Shown in pieces: positions 1 to 10,514 of a DNA stretch of 64,000 nt. The notes beneath the pieces were generated by a model that saw only the letters and a list, made by a program, of their open reading frames with translations, was not told where the DNA came from and searched no databases. This stretch comes from Thermodesulfobacteriota bacterium (lineage in GTDB: Bacteria > Desulfobacterota_D > UBA1144 > Nemesobacterales > UBA2774): the NCBI GenBank assembly GCA_965223335.1, contig OZ244991.1, positions 768,001-832,000 on the forward strand, in the 5' to 3' direction. Made by a program: the position numbers and the translations under genes. Within the stretch, counting starts at the first letter, position 1, and each line of letters starts with the position of its first letter.

Positions 1-872
1 ACACTACAGGTGGGATCGACGGCAGTGCAGACGCCACACCGAAACTCGTATCCAACTTCGAGCCCGAGGCATACAAAGACGCCGTAAGAACTACCAAGGA
101 GTACATCAGATCGGGGGATATTATCCAGGCTGTGATCTCACAGAGGTGGAAGACTGAATTAAACGTTGAGCCGTTTGACCTATACAGGGCGCTTAGGGTA
201 TTAAACCCCTCCCCTTATATGTTCTACCTCAAAACACCTACTGAAACCCTGGTCGGATCATCGCCTGAAGTAATGGTCAGGGTAGAGGATGATAATATCG
301 AGAGCCGTCCTATTGCGGGCACACGACCGAGGGGCAAAACCCCCTCGGAAGACCTAAGGCTCGAAGAGGAGTTGATGCAGGATCCCAAGGAAAGGGCCGA
401 GCACATTATGCTTGTGGACCTCGCACGTAATGATGTGGGCAGAGTAGCCGAAACGGGCACGGTGAGTGTAAACGAGCTTATGGTTGTGGAGCGCTACTCA
501 CATGTTATGCATATAGTTTCAAATGTCGTGGGCAAATTAAGGCCCGACAAGGACGCGTTTGATGTAGTAAAGGCCACTTTTCCGGCGGGCACACTCTCGG
601 GTGCTCCCAAGGTAAGGGCAATGGAGATCATCGAGGAGCTGGAGCCGAGCCGAAGGGGAGCGTACGGGGGAGCTGTGGGTTACTTTAGTTTCTCGGGTAA
701 TATGGACACATGCATTACGATAAGGACCTTCCTTATAAAGGGGGGCGAGATATATATCCAGGCCGGTGCCGGGATTGTTGCCGACTCGGACCCTCAAAAG
801 GAATATGAGGAATCGGTAAACAAGGTAAAAGCTCTTGTAAAAGCAGTGGGGCTTGCAAAACAGGGACTTTGA
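1..872 (+). CDS. trpE: Anthranilate synthase component I, 5'-truncated by the window edge
   Basis: Chorismate-binding motifs [53 protein letters not shown]; frame is open upstream of the listed start at 132; followed by trpG. Confidence 0.93.
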   Translation, partial: TTGGIDGSADATPKLVSNFEPEAYKDAVRTTKEYIRSGDIIQAVISQRWKTELNVEPFDLYRALRVLNPSPYMFYLKTPTETLVGSSPEVMVRVEDDNIESRPIAGTRPRGKTPSEDLRLEEELMQDPKERAEHIMLVDLARNDVGRVAETGTVSVNELMVVERYSHVMHIVSNVVGKLRPDKDAFDVVKATFPAGTLSGAPKVRAMEIIEELEPSRRGAYGGAVGYFSFSGNMDTCITIRTFLIKGGEIYIQAGAGIVADSDPQKEYEESVNKVKALVKAVGLAKQGL

Positions 873-896
873 GCAGTAGGTTCCACAGGACAACAA

Positions 897-1487
897 ATGA
901 TTTTCACTCTAGATAACTACGATTCATTCACATACAACTTGGTTCACTACTTGGGGGAACTGGGCGAAGAGATAGTTGTACACCGAAACAACAAGATAGG
1001 CATAGATGATATAAAGGCACTTAACCCCGAGATGATAGTGATCTCACCCGGTCCATGTACACCGAAAGAGGCAGGCATATCCGTTGAAGTAGTTAAAGAA
1101 TTTGCGGGCAAGGTCCCGATACTGGGCGTGTGCCTGGGGCATCAGTCGGTCGCCTATGCCCACGGTGCCAACATAATCCGCGCAAATCGTCTGCTCCACG
1201 GCAAAACCTCTTTTATACATCACGACAATAAAACCATATACAAAGGACTCCCGAACCCGTTTCAAGCCACCCGATATCACTCGCTCATAATAGAGAACGA
1301 CTCACTCCCCGACTCATTCGAGATAAGTGCATGGACCGAAGAAGACGAGATAATGGGCATACGCCACAAAGAGTATCTACTGGAAGGGGTACAGTTCCAT
1401 CCCGAGTCCATACTTACCACCGAGGGTAAGAACCTATTAAGAAATTTTGTAAATCTGGTAAAAGAGCGCTCGGATCTCAATTCTTAA
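897..1487 (+). CDS. trpG: Anthranilate/aminodeoxychorismate synthase glutamine amidotransferase (component II)
   Basis: DNYDSFTYN, ISPGPCTP, GVCLGHQ, TRYHSL, QFHPES motifs. Confidence 0.93.
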   Translation: MIFTLDNYDSFTYNLVHYLGELGEEIVVHRNNKIGIDDIKALNPEMIVISPGPCTPKEAGISVEVVKEFAGKVPILGVCLGHQSVAYAHGANIIRANRLLHGKTSFIHHDNKTIYKGLPNPFQATRYHSLIIENDSLPDSFEISAWTEEDEIMGIRHKEYLLEGVQFHPESILTTEGKNLLRNFVNLVKERSDLNS

Positions 1488-1594
1488 ATAAATTAGGTAA
1501 AATTAAAGAATTCTAGAATTTATGACATGCTCTAGAATAATATGAGTCCTTTAACCATGGCCCACAGAGCTCAAACATAAAGGGGATAGAATAA

Positions 1595-3319
1595 ATGGAA
1601 CTACTGTTTAGACCACGGGATAAAAAATATGTAGGAAGTGGAACGCTGCCATTCGGTACATTTGATGAAACTACGGAATGGAAACCCGTATATGTATATC
1701 TTGAACAGGGTGCTCAGCTCTTTCCCGATAAATGTATGTACAAAGTTGCTGATACCGAAGGCAATCTAGATGATGGATACACATACAAAGAGACTAATAA
1801 ATGGGTTAACCGAGTTGCAAACGGCCTCATTACAGATCATGGCATCAATAAGGGAGACCGGGTTGGTATATACATGCTTAATTCTTATGAGTATGTAGTT
1901 TCTATTCTAGCTGTACATAAGATTGGTGGAATCCAGGTCCCGATCAATAAAGACGAGAAGGGAGAGAGACTCGCATATATCATCAACTATTCCGATATGA
2001 GGGTCATCATCACAGACCCCCAAAGCCTGGAGCTTCTCCGAGATATTGCCGATACACTAACACAGTTGGAAGCCATCATCGTAACCGGTGATATGGAACT
2101 CCCGGACGAAATAGCCGGGATCAAAATATTACAGTTCAGCGAGTTTGATAATAACTCCAACGAGAACCCGGGGGTAGAGGTGCTTGTCTCTGATGTTGAG
2201 CGCTGCATGTTTACCTCGGGCACTACAGGTATGCCCAAGGGTGTTATGAGAAACCACGGGGGGGTGGTATTGACAGTACGTGCATACATCCAACAAAGCG
2301 GTGTACGTAGTGACGATGTGCTGATGAGCGTGCTCACGCTTGGGCATGCCAACGCTCAGGTCATGTGCCTTTTTACAACCATTGCATCGGGGGCCGAAGC
2401 TGTGTTCTTCCCGCGTTTCTCTGCATCCAGATTCTGGGAGTGGGGAGCAAAATGCGGAGCCACTATCGTAAATATGTTGGGTGCGGTAGCCGAGTACTTA
2501 TGGTCAGCAAAACCTACTGAGTGGGATTCTAAACACAATATAAGGATGTGTCTTTCAGGCCCGGCACCAAAGAACCTCTTGGAGTTTCAAGATCGATTTG
2601 GGCTTAGGGTGGTTGACGGCTACGGCTCTACAGAAATGGGTATGGTGCTTTGGAAAGACCCCGAGGACCACCGTCTGGGCTCCTCAGGGTATCCGATGGA
2701 AGGATACTACGTAGAAATACGTAACCCCGAAAACACTGACGAGGTGATAAAACCGTTTTGGGACCCTACACAAGACCCCTACCCCCCAGAGGAAGCTAAA
2801 GGCCTGTTGTTTATTAAGCCATTCATACCGCATACAACATTAAACGAGTATTTTAAAGACGAAAGACGCACACGCGAGGCATTTGACGATAACGGATTTT
2901 TTAACTCCGATGACCTGTTCGCATGCGGGATTGACGGACGTTTCTATTTCCAGGGCCGCTTCAGTCGAATCCGTGTGTCGGGCGAGAACGTCGATCCGAT
3001 TGCGGTGCAGGACTTTGCCATGCAGCACCCCTCGGTACACGAAGCTATTGCAGTTGGTGTGAGGTTGCCCGATATAAGTGACGACGAGATCAAACTCAAT
3101 ATCACGCTTGAGAGCGACCAGAGCTTTGACCCCATAGCGTTCAGTAAGTGGATGGCCGAGATCGCACCCGTATTTATGGTGCCCAGGTTTATAGAGGTGT
3201 ATAAAGAAGGCTTCCCCGTTACGGCAACACAGAAGATCCGGATAGCAGAGATAAAAGAGCTTACAGAGAACACTTGGGATAGAAACGAATCGGGGCTAAA
3301 ATTCAAAGCCCGTAAATAG
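1595..3319 (+). CDS. ATP-dependent acyl-CoA ligase (CaiC-like adenylate-forming enzyme), paralogue 1
   Basis: FTSGTTGMPKG P-loop, YGSTE, GENV; SD-like AAGGGG upstream; close paralogue at 4545. Confidence 0.85.
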   Translation: MELLFRPRDKKYVGSGTLPFGTFDETTEWKPVYVYLEQGAQLFPDKCMYKVADTEGNLDDGYTYKETNKWVNRVANGLITDHGINKGDRVGIYMLNSYEYVVSILAVHKIGGIQVPINKDEKGERLAYIINYSDMRVIITDPQSLELLRDIADTLTQLEAIIVTGDMELPDEIAGIKILQFSEFDNNSNENPGVEVLVSDVERCMFTSGTTGMPKGVMRNHGGVVLTVRAYIQQSGVRSDDVLMSVLTLGHANAQVMCLFTTIASGAEAVFFPRFSASRFWEWGAKCGATIVNMLGAVAEYLWSAKPTEWDSKHNIRMCLSGPAPKNLLEFQDRFGLRVVDGYGSTEMGMVLWKDPEDHRLGSSGYPMEGYYVEIRNPENTDEVIKPFWDPTQDPYPPEEAKGLLFIKPFIPHTTLNEYFKDERRTREAFDDNGFFNSDDLFACGIDGRFYFQGRFSRIRVSGENVDPIAVQDFAMQHPSVHEAIAVGVRLPDISDDEIKLNITLESDQSFDPIAFSKWMAEIAPVFMVPRFIEVYKEGFPVTATQKIRIAEIKELTENTWDRNESGLKFKARK

Positions 3320-3328
3320 TAAGCGGAT

Positions 3329-4273
3329 CTAGAAGAACAATAGAAATATAAACGCCGAGTAGCCAAGCAGCAAAAGCACACCTTCAAGCCTGCTAATCCT
3401 AAAGCCCGTCCTCATCATAGGCAGCACCAGTATACTGAACGCCAGCATCACGGGGAACTCAAATGTTATTAAACCCGGGTTTACCTCTACCGGGCGGATC
3501 ATGGCTACAAGCCCGAGTATCCCAATATTAAAGATATTGCTTCCAATTATATTCCCTATAATAATGTCGGGCTCTTTCTTTAAAGCCGCAATGATAGAGG
3601 TAGTGAGTTCGGGCAAGGATGTCCCTATAGCCACAGCCGTTATACTTATGATCAGTTCACTCACCCCTACCACCCTGGCCACATAGATAGCACCGTCCAC
3701 AACTAACCTAGCCCCTATTACCAACCCCACCAATCCCAACACTATGTACAAGACCTGCTTTAATGTGCCGTTACCCGCCCCCAAATACTCCTCGAACTCC
3801 CTCTCAACCTCTCTCGGCTCTCGTTTAGCATCGTAGTAACTGTACAAACTGAAACCAACGAGTGCGATGAAAAGCACTAGACCCTCTAGCCGTCCGATCA
3901 CATGGTTTAGGGACAAAACCAAAAGAAGCACTGAGAGTAGAATCATCACAGGCACTTCAACTTTAACGAGCTTCATGTGTATGACCAGCGAGCTTATTAT
4001 TGCCGAGAACCCGAGTATAAGCCCGATATTAGAGATGTTGCTGCCGAGGATGTTGCCAAGCGCTATATCACCCGAACCCTTAAGGACCGCAATCAGACAC
4101 ACAAGAAACTCAGGCGCCGATGTCCCAAATGCCACTATTGTAAGCCCTATCACCACTGGGCTTATCCCGAGTATCTTGGCCAAGGTAGAGGCCCCCTTAA
4201 CAAGTGCATTACCGCCAATCAAAAGGGCTGCGATCCCGGCTACAAACAATGCGATCTGTATCAACAATTCCAT
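3329..4273 (-). CDS. Ca2+/Na+ antiporter (YrbG/CaCA family)
   Basis: Two alpha repeats, GTSAPE...GNILGSNISN and GTSLPE...GNIIGSNIFN; about 10 TM segments. Confidence 0.92.
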   Translation of the reverse strand: MELLIQIALFVAGIAALLIGGNALVKGASTLAKILGISPVVIGLTIVAFGTSAPEFLVCLIAVLKGSGDIALGNILGSNISNIGLILGFSAIISSLVIHMKLVKVEVPVMILLSVLLLVLSLNHVIGRLEGLVLFIALVGFSLYSYYDAKREPREVEREFEEYLGAGNGTLKQVLYIVLGLVGLVIGARLVVDGAIYVARVVGVSELIISITAVAIGTSLPELTTSIIAALKKEPDIIIGNIIGSNIFNIGILGLVAMIRPVEVNPGLITFEFPVMLAFSILVLPMMRTGFRISRLEGVLLLLGYSAFIFLLFF

Positions 4274-4544
4274 ATTCTACTCTCGGCCTCTATAAACTAT
4301 TTTGATCCGGTTAAAAGGGATGCCTCTCGGTGCGGCACAAATATTAGCACAGGCAACTAAAAAAGACAGATTATGTTAAAAAAACATTCTACAACCACTT
4401 AGAACTCACCAACCGTTTACCGATATTAAACGGTGGATCGAGTACACATGCGAGATCTAATTAACAATAATGTTGACAACAGTGCACAGAATAATTTAAT
4501 ATTCCCTGTCTACATTATATTACTAGATGTTAAGGAGGTTTGTA

Positions 4545-6272
4545 ATGCGTTTATTATTTAAACCCCGGGACGCTAAGTATCTGGGCGATGGGGATCTGCC
4601 ATTCGGTGCTTTTGAAGACACTACAGAGTGGTTGCCAATCACAAGATACCTTGAAAAAGGTGCAGAGATGTTCCCGGACAAAACAATGTTTAAAGTTGCT
4701 AACAGGGACGGTGAGGTAGTCGAAAGTTACAACTATAAAGAAACCAACGATTGGGGCAATAAAATTGCAAATGGCCTAATTGGGGAATACGGAGTTAATA
4801 AGGGCGATAAGGTGGGCATGTATATGCTCAACTGCTCGGAGTACGTTGTATCCATTATCGCAGTTCACAAAGCGGGTGCAGTCCAAGTACCTATAAATAA
4901 GGACGAGAAGGGTGAGAGACTCGCATACGTTATTAACTACTCAGAAATGGTAGCTCTAATCATCGACGAAGGCAGTGTTCCTTTCATCGAGGAGATTGCA
5001 GAGAGCCTTGAGAACCTAAAGGTTATATTCATCACGGGTGACGCAGACAAAGTCCCGGCCGAGATTGGTGGGATTAAAACACTGTCGTTTTCCTCATTCG
5101 ATAGCTTTGCCGATAACAACCCCGGTGTTGATGTTACTACCCAAGATATGGAAAGGTGTATGTTCACTTCGGGTACAACCGGTATGCCTAAGGGTGTGGC
5201 AAGGGATCACGGCGGGGTTGTAATGACCGTGCGCTCTTACCTGCAACAGCAGGGCATACGAAGTGGCGACACACTCATGAGTATTCTTTCGCTTGGCCAT
5301 GCTAACGCTCAGGTCATGTGTTTATTCAGTGCTATAGGTGCCGGGGCCACGGCTGTGTTCTTTCCCAGATTTTCGGCTTCGAGCTTCTGGAAATGGGCAG
5401 CTAACTGCGATGCAACGTGTGTAAATATGTTGGGAGCAGTAGCCGAGTACCTATGGGCGGCAGAGCCCAGTGATTGGGATCAAAAACACAGCATCAGAAT
5501 AATGCTCGGTTCCCCCGCCCCAAGAAACCTACAGGAGTTCCAAGAACGCTTCGGTGTCAGGGTCATAGACGGTTACGGCTCCACCGAGATGGGTATGGTG
5601 CTTTGGAAAGACCCCGAAGACCATCGCCCGGGCTCCTCGGGATTCCCAATGGAGGGATACTATGTCGAGCTTAGGGACCCGCAGGACCCAGACACAGTGT
5701 TACGGCCGTTTTGGGACCCCTATGAAGACCCCAACCCGCCTGACGAGGCCAAGGGGCTTGTGTTCATTAAGCCACTCGTACCAAACACAACACTAAACGA
5801 GTATTTTAAAGACGAAAGGAGAACCCGCGAGGCGTTTGACGACGATGGGTTCTTTAACTCGGACGACCTTTTCGCAAGGGGCATCGACGGCAGGTACTAC
5901 TTTGTAGGACGCTTCAGCAGAATCCGCGTATCCGGTGAAAACGTTGATCCGATCGCAGTACAGGACGAAGCCATGCAGTACGATGCTATCCAAGAGGCAA
6001 TAGCCGTCGGCATACGCCTTCCAAACGTCTCCGATGACGAAATCAAGCTTAACATCACGCTTAAGGGTGATGCCGAGTTTGACCCGGTTGAATTCTGTAA
6101 GTGGATGGCAGACAGGGTTATTGTTGCCATGGTACCTAGGTTTATCGAGGTCTATGAAGACGGGTTCCCGGTAACAGCCACACAAAAAATCAAAGTTGCC
6201 GAGATCAAAGAGATAACCGACAAAACCTGGGACAGGAACGAAGCCGGTATTAAATTTAGCGCTAGAAAGTAA
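4545..6272 (+). CDS. ATP-dependent acyl-CoA ligase (CaiC-like), paralogue 2
   Basis: Same motifs as paralogue 1; AGGAGG SD precedes ATG 4545, so the start is moved from 4527. Confidence 0.85.
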   Translation: MRLLFKPRDAKYLGDGDLPFGAFEDTTEWLPITRYLEKGAEMFPDKTMFKVANRDGEVVESYNYKETNDWGNKIANGLIGEYGVNKGDKVGMYMLNCSEYVVSIIAVHKAGAVQVPINKDEKGERLAYVINYSEMVALIIDEGSVPFIEEIAESLENLKVIFITGDADKVPAEIGGIKTLSFSSFDSFADNNPGVDVTTQDMERCMFTSGTTGMPKGVARDHGGVVMTVRSYLQQQGIRSGDTLMSILSLGHANAQVMCLFSAIGAGATAVFFPRFSASSFWKWAANCDATCVNMLGAVAEYLWAAEPSDWDQKHSIRIMLGSPAPRNLQEFQERFGVRVIDGYGSTEMGMVLWKDPEDHRPGSSGFPMEGYYVELRDPQDPDTVLRPFWDPYEDPNPPDEAKGLVFIKPLVPNTTLNEYFKDERRTREAFDDDGFFNSDDLFARGIDGRYYFVGRFSRIRVSGENVDPIAVQDEAMQYDAIQEAIAVGIRLPNVSDDEIKLNITLKGDAEFDPVEFCKWMADRVIVAMVPRFIEVYEDGFPVTATQKIKVAEIKEITDKTWDRNEAGIKFSARK

Positions 6273-6299
6273 CCACTCCTGCCCGAAAGGCTTATTTAT

Positions 6300-6764
6300 A
6301 TGAGCCTATTAGAAGACGAAAAATATATGCGCCTGGCACTTGAGCAAGCCTCTCGTGCCGGGCGTTTAGGTGAAGTACCCGTAGGAGCTGTACTTGTTGC
6401 GAAAGACCGTGAGATAATATCGACCGGTCACAACCTAAGGGAGAGTTCCTCAGACCCCACAGACCATGCGGAAATTATAACAATCCGACTGGGCGCCGAG
6501 AAGCTCCGTTCCTGGCGCCTAGTGGATACAACTTTATATGTAACATTAGAGCCGTGTGTGATGTGTATGGGAGCAATTGTAAACTCAAGGATACAAACTG
6601 TGGTGTTCGGGGCCCGCGACCCCAAGGCCGGCGCAGTTGTTTCACTCTACAACATCGGTAGGGACAAAAAACTAAATCACATGGTAGAGCTCCGCGAGGG
6701 CATCCTCGCAGATGAGTGCTCAAGCGTGCTAAGTGAGTTTTTCAGCAATATTAGAGCGGACTGA
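6300..6764 (+). CDS. tadA: tRNA adenosine(34) deaminase
   Basis: GEVPVGA, HAE, TLEPCxMC, DPKAGA motifs. Confidence 0.93.
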   Translation: MSLLEDEKYMRLALEQASRAGRLGEVPVGAVLVAKDREIISTGHNLRESSSDPTDHAEIITIRLGAEKLRSWRLVDTTLYVTLEPCVMCMGAIVNSRIQTVVFGARDPKAGAVVSLYNIGRDKKLNHMVELREGILADECSSVLSEFFSNIRAD

Positions 6765-6766
6765 TC

Positions 6767-7084
6767 TTACTCAGTCGATTTAAAGAACCCCAAGATGTCC
6801 CCTATGAGACTTTTCTCTGAAGTGCCCGCGAGTTTCTCCAACTCTCCTTCATCGAGCCAAACCCCGTCACAGCCCAAGCATCTATCGATCTTTACCCCGC
6901 GAAATACAACCTCGTGCAGGTCTGCACCACATTTAGGACACTTCATGTAGCAAACAGCTTTTATCCGCTCCCGCTCGTCAATCGAGGCTTGCTCTTTTAG
7001 TTTGGATTTAAGCCGCTTTACCTTCTCAGCCTCTTCCCTGGCAAAGTACTCATCCTCTGTTTTAGACGGTTTTTCTTTGCTCAT
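6767..7084 (-). CDS. zf-TFIIB-type zinc-ribbon protein
   Basis: CPKC...IDRCxxCxGVWLDxGEL; overlaps the jag stop codon (ATGA). Confidence 0.8.
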   Translation of the reverse strand: MSKEKPSKTEDEYFAREEAEKVKRLKSKLKEQASIDERERIKAVCYMKCPKCGADLHEVVFRGVKIDRCLGCDGVWLDEGELEKLAGTSEKSLIGDILGFFKSTE

Positions 7085-7752
7085 TTGCTTTTCTCTCCTA
7101 TATCATCCGATTTTGATACGGCTTTAATAATTATCCTTTTTTCCTGATCCTCTACCTTTGTATCATAACCGACCCCTCTTTCCCTCTTAAGCGTTATATA
7201 GGCTATCCTTCTCTCCGAAGCTGACATAGGATGTAGTGTAATCGGTTTTTTAGAACGCCTTACCTTTCTGGCAGTGTCTTTAACCAGGCGGGCAATTTTA
7301 TCGTCACGTCTCTTTTTATAACCGTCAACGTCTATAGATACCCTTTTGTCTTTACCGTCCTCACACATACGCCCCGATATCTTACCAACTATGTACTCAA
7401 GGGATTTTATCATATCCCCTCTCTTTCCGATAATAAGCCCCTTGTCCTCTGTGTTTTTGATGTCCAGTTTGATTTTATCGGGTGTTTCCCTTATGCCCAC
7501 TGAGTATGTGGGCACTAAATAATCCAGAATAACTTCGAGTGCCCTCTTCGAGCGTAGCCCCTTTTCACTCAAATCCTTGTTTTTTACAGAGACACGAACC
7601 TTTGCGTTCTTGCTCCCTATGCCCAACACACCCTTGGAAGCCTCTTGCAAAACCTCCACATCCACCTCCGTGCGGGGTACTCCCAACTCCTCACAGGCGC
7701 TTATAGTAGCATCCGTTACCGTTTTTCCCTCACGTTCAATTACGATACCCAT
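7081..7752 (-). CDS. jag: Jag/KhpB/EloR RNA-binding protein (Jag_N, KH, R3H-like)
   Basis: EGKTV...EVLQEASKGVLGIG N-domain; IIGKRG KH motif; position after yidC. Confidence 0.88.
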   Translation of the reverse strand: MGIVIEREGKTVTDATISACEELGVPRTEVDVEVLQEASKGVLGIGSKNAKVRVSVKNKDLSEKGLRSKRALEVILDYLVPTYSVGIRETPDKIKLDIKNTEDKGLIIGKRGDMIKSLEYIVGKISGRMCEDGKDKRVSIDVDGYKKRRDDKIARLVKDTARKVRRSKKPITLHPMSASERRIAYITLKRERGVGYDTKVEDQEKRIIIKAVSKSDDIGEKSK

Positions 7753-7753
7753 T

Positions 7754-9433
7754 TTAACCTCCTGTGGACTTCTTGATGCGACGGTTCACATATATCTGCT
7801 GCCCAATAGATAATATGTTGCTTACAGTCCAATAGATTATTAACCCCGACGGCAGTCCCCAAAACAATACCGTAAAAATGATCGGCATAAACTGCATCAT
7901 CTTCATCTGAAGCTGCATCTGCTCGTTACCGGGAGTCATGGTCATCGGGGTCATCTTTTGCGACACATACCACGACACACCCATAAGTAGTGGTAGTATC
8001 CTAAACGGTATCCCAATGCCCGGTATATCAAACAGTGTTTCGGGTTCGGCCAAATCCTTTACCCATAGGAAAGAGCTGTGACGCAGATCAATAGAGTGCA
8101 GAAGAACGTCATAAAGTGCAATGAACACAGGCAGCTGCACAAGCATCGGCAAACAACCCCCCAGTGTACTAAGCGGGTTAACACCGCTACTTGTGTATAG
8201 TTTCATCAGCTCGGCGTTTTGCTTGGCTTTGTCGTCTTTGTACTTCTCTTTAAGCTCGTCCATCTTGGGCTTTAGCTTCTCCATCTTCATGGCCGACTCT
8301 TTCATCGAAACCATGCTCTTTACAGTCAGGGGCAGAAACAAAACCCTTATTATTATTGTGATTGCAATAATAGACAGGCCGTAGTTATGTATGTAGCTGT
8401 TTAGGAATTTCAAGAAATCGAGCATAGGCTTTGCCAAAACGCCCAGGTAACCGTAGTCCACAGCCTCTTCCATCCCGCTCCCGAGAGGTTTTAGGTAGTT
8501 GTACTCGAGCGGGCCGAGATAGGCCTCCCAATTCCTGGTAGATGTTTTCCCAGCAGGTATGGTGCTCTGGGGATAACTGTAGACTGCCCTTACTATATCC
8601 CCCTCCGATTGCGGCACTACCTTTATCGATGTTTCCCCGCCTATCTCTGGGAGCATCGATGTAATGAAGTATTTCCCCGTGTACCCAAACCAATCAATAT
8701 CACCTTTATAGAGCGTCTCTTTCTCGGGTACTTTGTCTAGCTTCTCTACCTCGCCAGAAACCAGCGTAATAAACTTTTTAGTATCGCCGCCCCTGCCGAG
8801 GTTCTCTATCTTGCCGTACCAGCTTATATGCAGTCTCTCGGGCAGGTCACGTTCGAGATTGTTTGTGACCTCGAACCTCTGTTTGACGGAATATGTGGCG
8901 GAATCGAACTCGTATATTTTCTTTATTGAGACACCCTCTGAGCCCTCCCAATGGAAGACCATCTCTTTTGTGCCCTCGCTTAAATCTATATGTGATATCC
9001 CCTCGTATTTGTAAGGAATAATCTGAGGCACATCAATCTCGTGGAGTCTAAGTATTGTATAAAAGCTTGGGGGGGAATCCTTAAAAAGGTTTACAATGGG
9101 TGAGTCCTTTGACGTTGTCTGCTGATAATCCCTAAGCTCCCACGATATGATTCTGGCCCCGCTCGTGTCGATCACACCCTTGTATAATGGGGTTTCTATC
9201 GTAACACTCTTGCCGTTGGGCTCGGTGCTGTATGGTTTTTCCTCAATGTTTAGCTCCGCCACAGGATCATCTGTAGGGATAGGACTGGGAAGAGTCTCCT
9301 CGACCAAATCCCCTTTGGTTGCGGGCTCTTGGGGGGCTTTTTTCGGCGGTTTTCCAAAATACATCGAATAACCGACGATAATAGCCAGAGAGAGTACCAA
9401 AAATAATATGTAGTTTAGTCTGTTGTCATTCAT
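7754..9433 (-). CDS. yidC: Membrane protein insertase YidC
   Basis: N-terminal TM, periplasmic domain, GCLPMLVQLPVFIALY, PSGLIIYWTVSN. Confidence 0.95.
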   Translation of the reverse strand: MNDNRLNYILFLVLSLAIIVGYSMYFGKPPKKAPQEPATKGDLVEETLPSPIPTDDPVAELNIEEKPYSTEPNGKSVTIETPLYKGVIDTSGARIISWELRDYQQTTSKDSPIVNLFKDSPPSFYTILRLHEIDVPQIIPYKYEGISHIDLSEGTKEMVFHWEGSEGVSIKKIYEFDSATYSVKQRFEVTNNLERDLPERLHISWYGKIENLGRGGDTKKFITLVSGEVEKLDKVPEKETLYKGDIDWFGYTGKYFITSMLPEIGGETSIKVVPQSEGDIVRAVYSYPQSTIPAGKTSTRNWEAYLGPLEYNYLKPLGSGMEEAVDYGYLGVLAKPMLDFLKFLNSYIHNYGLSIIAITIIIRVLFLPLTVKSMVSMKESAMKMEKLKPKMDELKEKYKDDKAKQNAELMKLYTSSGVNPLSTLGGCLPMLVQLPVFIALYDVLLHSIDLRHSSFLWVKDLAEPETLFDIPGIGIPFRILPLLMGVSWYVSQKMTPMTMTPGNEQMQLQMKMMQFMPIIFTVLFWGLPSGLIIYWTVSNILSIGQQIYVNRRIKKSTGG

Positions 9434-9445
9434 CCCCTAAACCTG

Positions 9446-9670
9446 CTATTTAACCGGATCATATCCCCCGGCGTTTAGCGGATGGCACCTTGCAAGTCGT
9501 TTGAGTGATAACACAATACCCTTAAGCACTCCGTATTTCCTAAACGATGTTGCAGCATACTCCGAGCAACTAGGGTAGAACCTGCAAGAAGACGGTAATA
9601 GAGGAGAAAGTATAATTTTATAGGCTTTGATAATAAACAAAATTACGTGTAATAACGGATTCTTATGCAT
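9446..9670 (-). CDS. yidD: Membrane protein insertion efficiency factor YidD
   Basis: CRFYPSCSEYA, RCHP, GGYDPV. Confidence 0.95.
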   Translation of the reverse strand: MHKNPLLHVILFIIKAYKIILSPLLPSSCRFYPSCSEYAATSFRKYGVLKGIVLSLKRLARCHPLNAGGYDPVK

Positions 9671-10019
9671 GACCCATATTTACTAGCATACTCTCGATAT
9701 CGAGCTTTGCATCATCATAACTCAATCGATCGGCACCCTGCTTTGCAATGATTACAACATCCAAAGATGCAAATAGCTCTTTGTTGCGTCTAAACACCTC
9801 ACGCAAAATCCTCTTCACCCTATTCCTTTTAACCGCAGCCGGAAAATTTTTCTTGCTTACAACGAGCCCAAGCCTTGGAAACCCTAATAGATTGGCTTTA
9901 TAACAAACAGTAAAATAGTTAGAATTGAGCCTTTTGCCATTCCCAAAAACCTCTTCATATATAGAGCTTTTGTGTATTTTGTGAACTTTTGGGAGAGTGG
10001 AACTCAAAAGAAAGCTCAT
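9663..10019 (-). CDS. rnpA: Ribonuclease P protein component
   Basis: [18 protein letters not shown]; synteny. Confidence 0.93.
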   Translation of the reverse strand: MSFLLSSTLPKVHKIHKSSIYEEVFGNGKRLNSNYFTVCYKANLLGFPRLGLVVSKKNFPAAVKRNRVKRILREVFRRNKELFASLDVVIIAKQGADRLSYDDAKLDIESMLVNMGHA

Positions 10020-10165
10020 TTCTTCCAGTTTTGGACCGTTAGACGATGCCTACCCTTGGCCATACGCCTCTTGAGGATGCGCCTGCCAGATTTCGAACTG
10101 ATCCTCTCACGATAACCGTGCACCCTTAATCTTTTAACTACGTGCGGTTGATAAGTCCTTTTCAT
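10016..10165 (-). CDS. rpmH: 50S ribosomal protein L34 (49 aa, absent from the ORF track)
   Basis: Manual translation [53 protein letters not shown] overlap with rnpA. Confidence 0.96.
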   Translation of the reverse strand: MKRTYQPHVVKRLRVHGYRERISSKSGRRILKRRMAKGRHRLTVQNWKK

Positions 10166-10177
10166 AATGCGACTCTA

Positions 10178-10206
10178 AAACTAACACGAAAACTTTTGTT
10201 GGTCAA
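10178..10206 (-). promoter_or_regulatory. Putative sigma-70 promoter of the rpmH operon
   Basis: TTGACC-17 nt-TAGTTT with extended TG on the minus strand. Confidence 0.55.
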
Positions 10207-10514
10207 GAATACGTGGGCTGCTGATGTGGTTGCCAAGAAAAAGCAAATTTTCTGCAATTATCTATATGAATAGATCTGAATCCCGCCTTCATAAATAATT
10301 TACACCCATCTGCTATGTTATTGACAAATAGTTATGTAGCCTTATAGTTTAAGCAATAAAATTGGATGGATAGACAATATATAGTGTTGTGTATTGGGTG
10401 AAATAAACTACGTTCATGTACGTGATTTCATATGAAGCGAACCTAAATTTCCTACTTGCATAATCCCTAAAAATACATTTCACTAATACATCATCAGAGG
10501 CTGGGTCAAAAAAT

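Noticed and set aside
10166..10514. Possible oriC next to rpmH
   Set aside because: AT-rich, but I found no TTATCCACA-like box cluster and no dnaA; promoters explain the region
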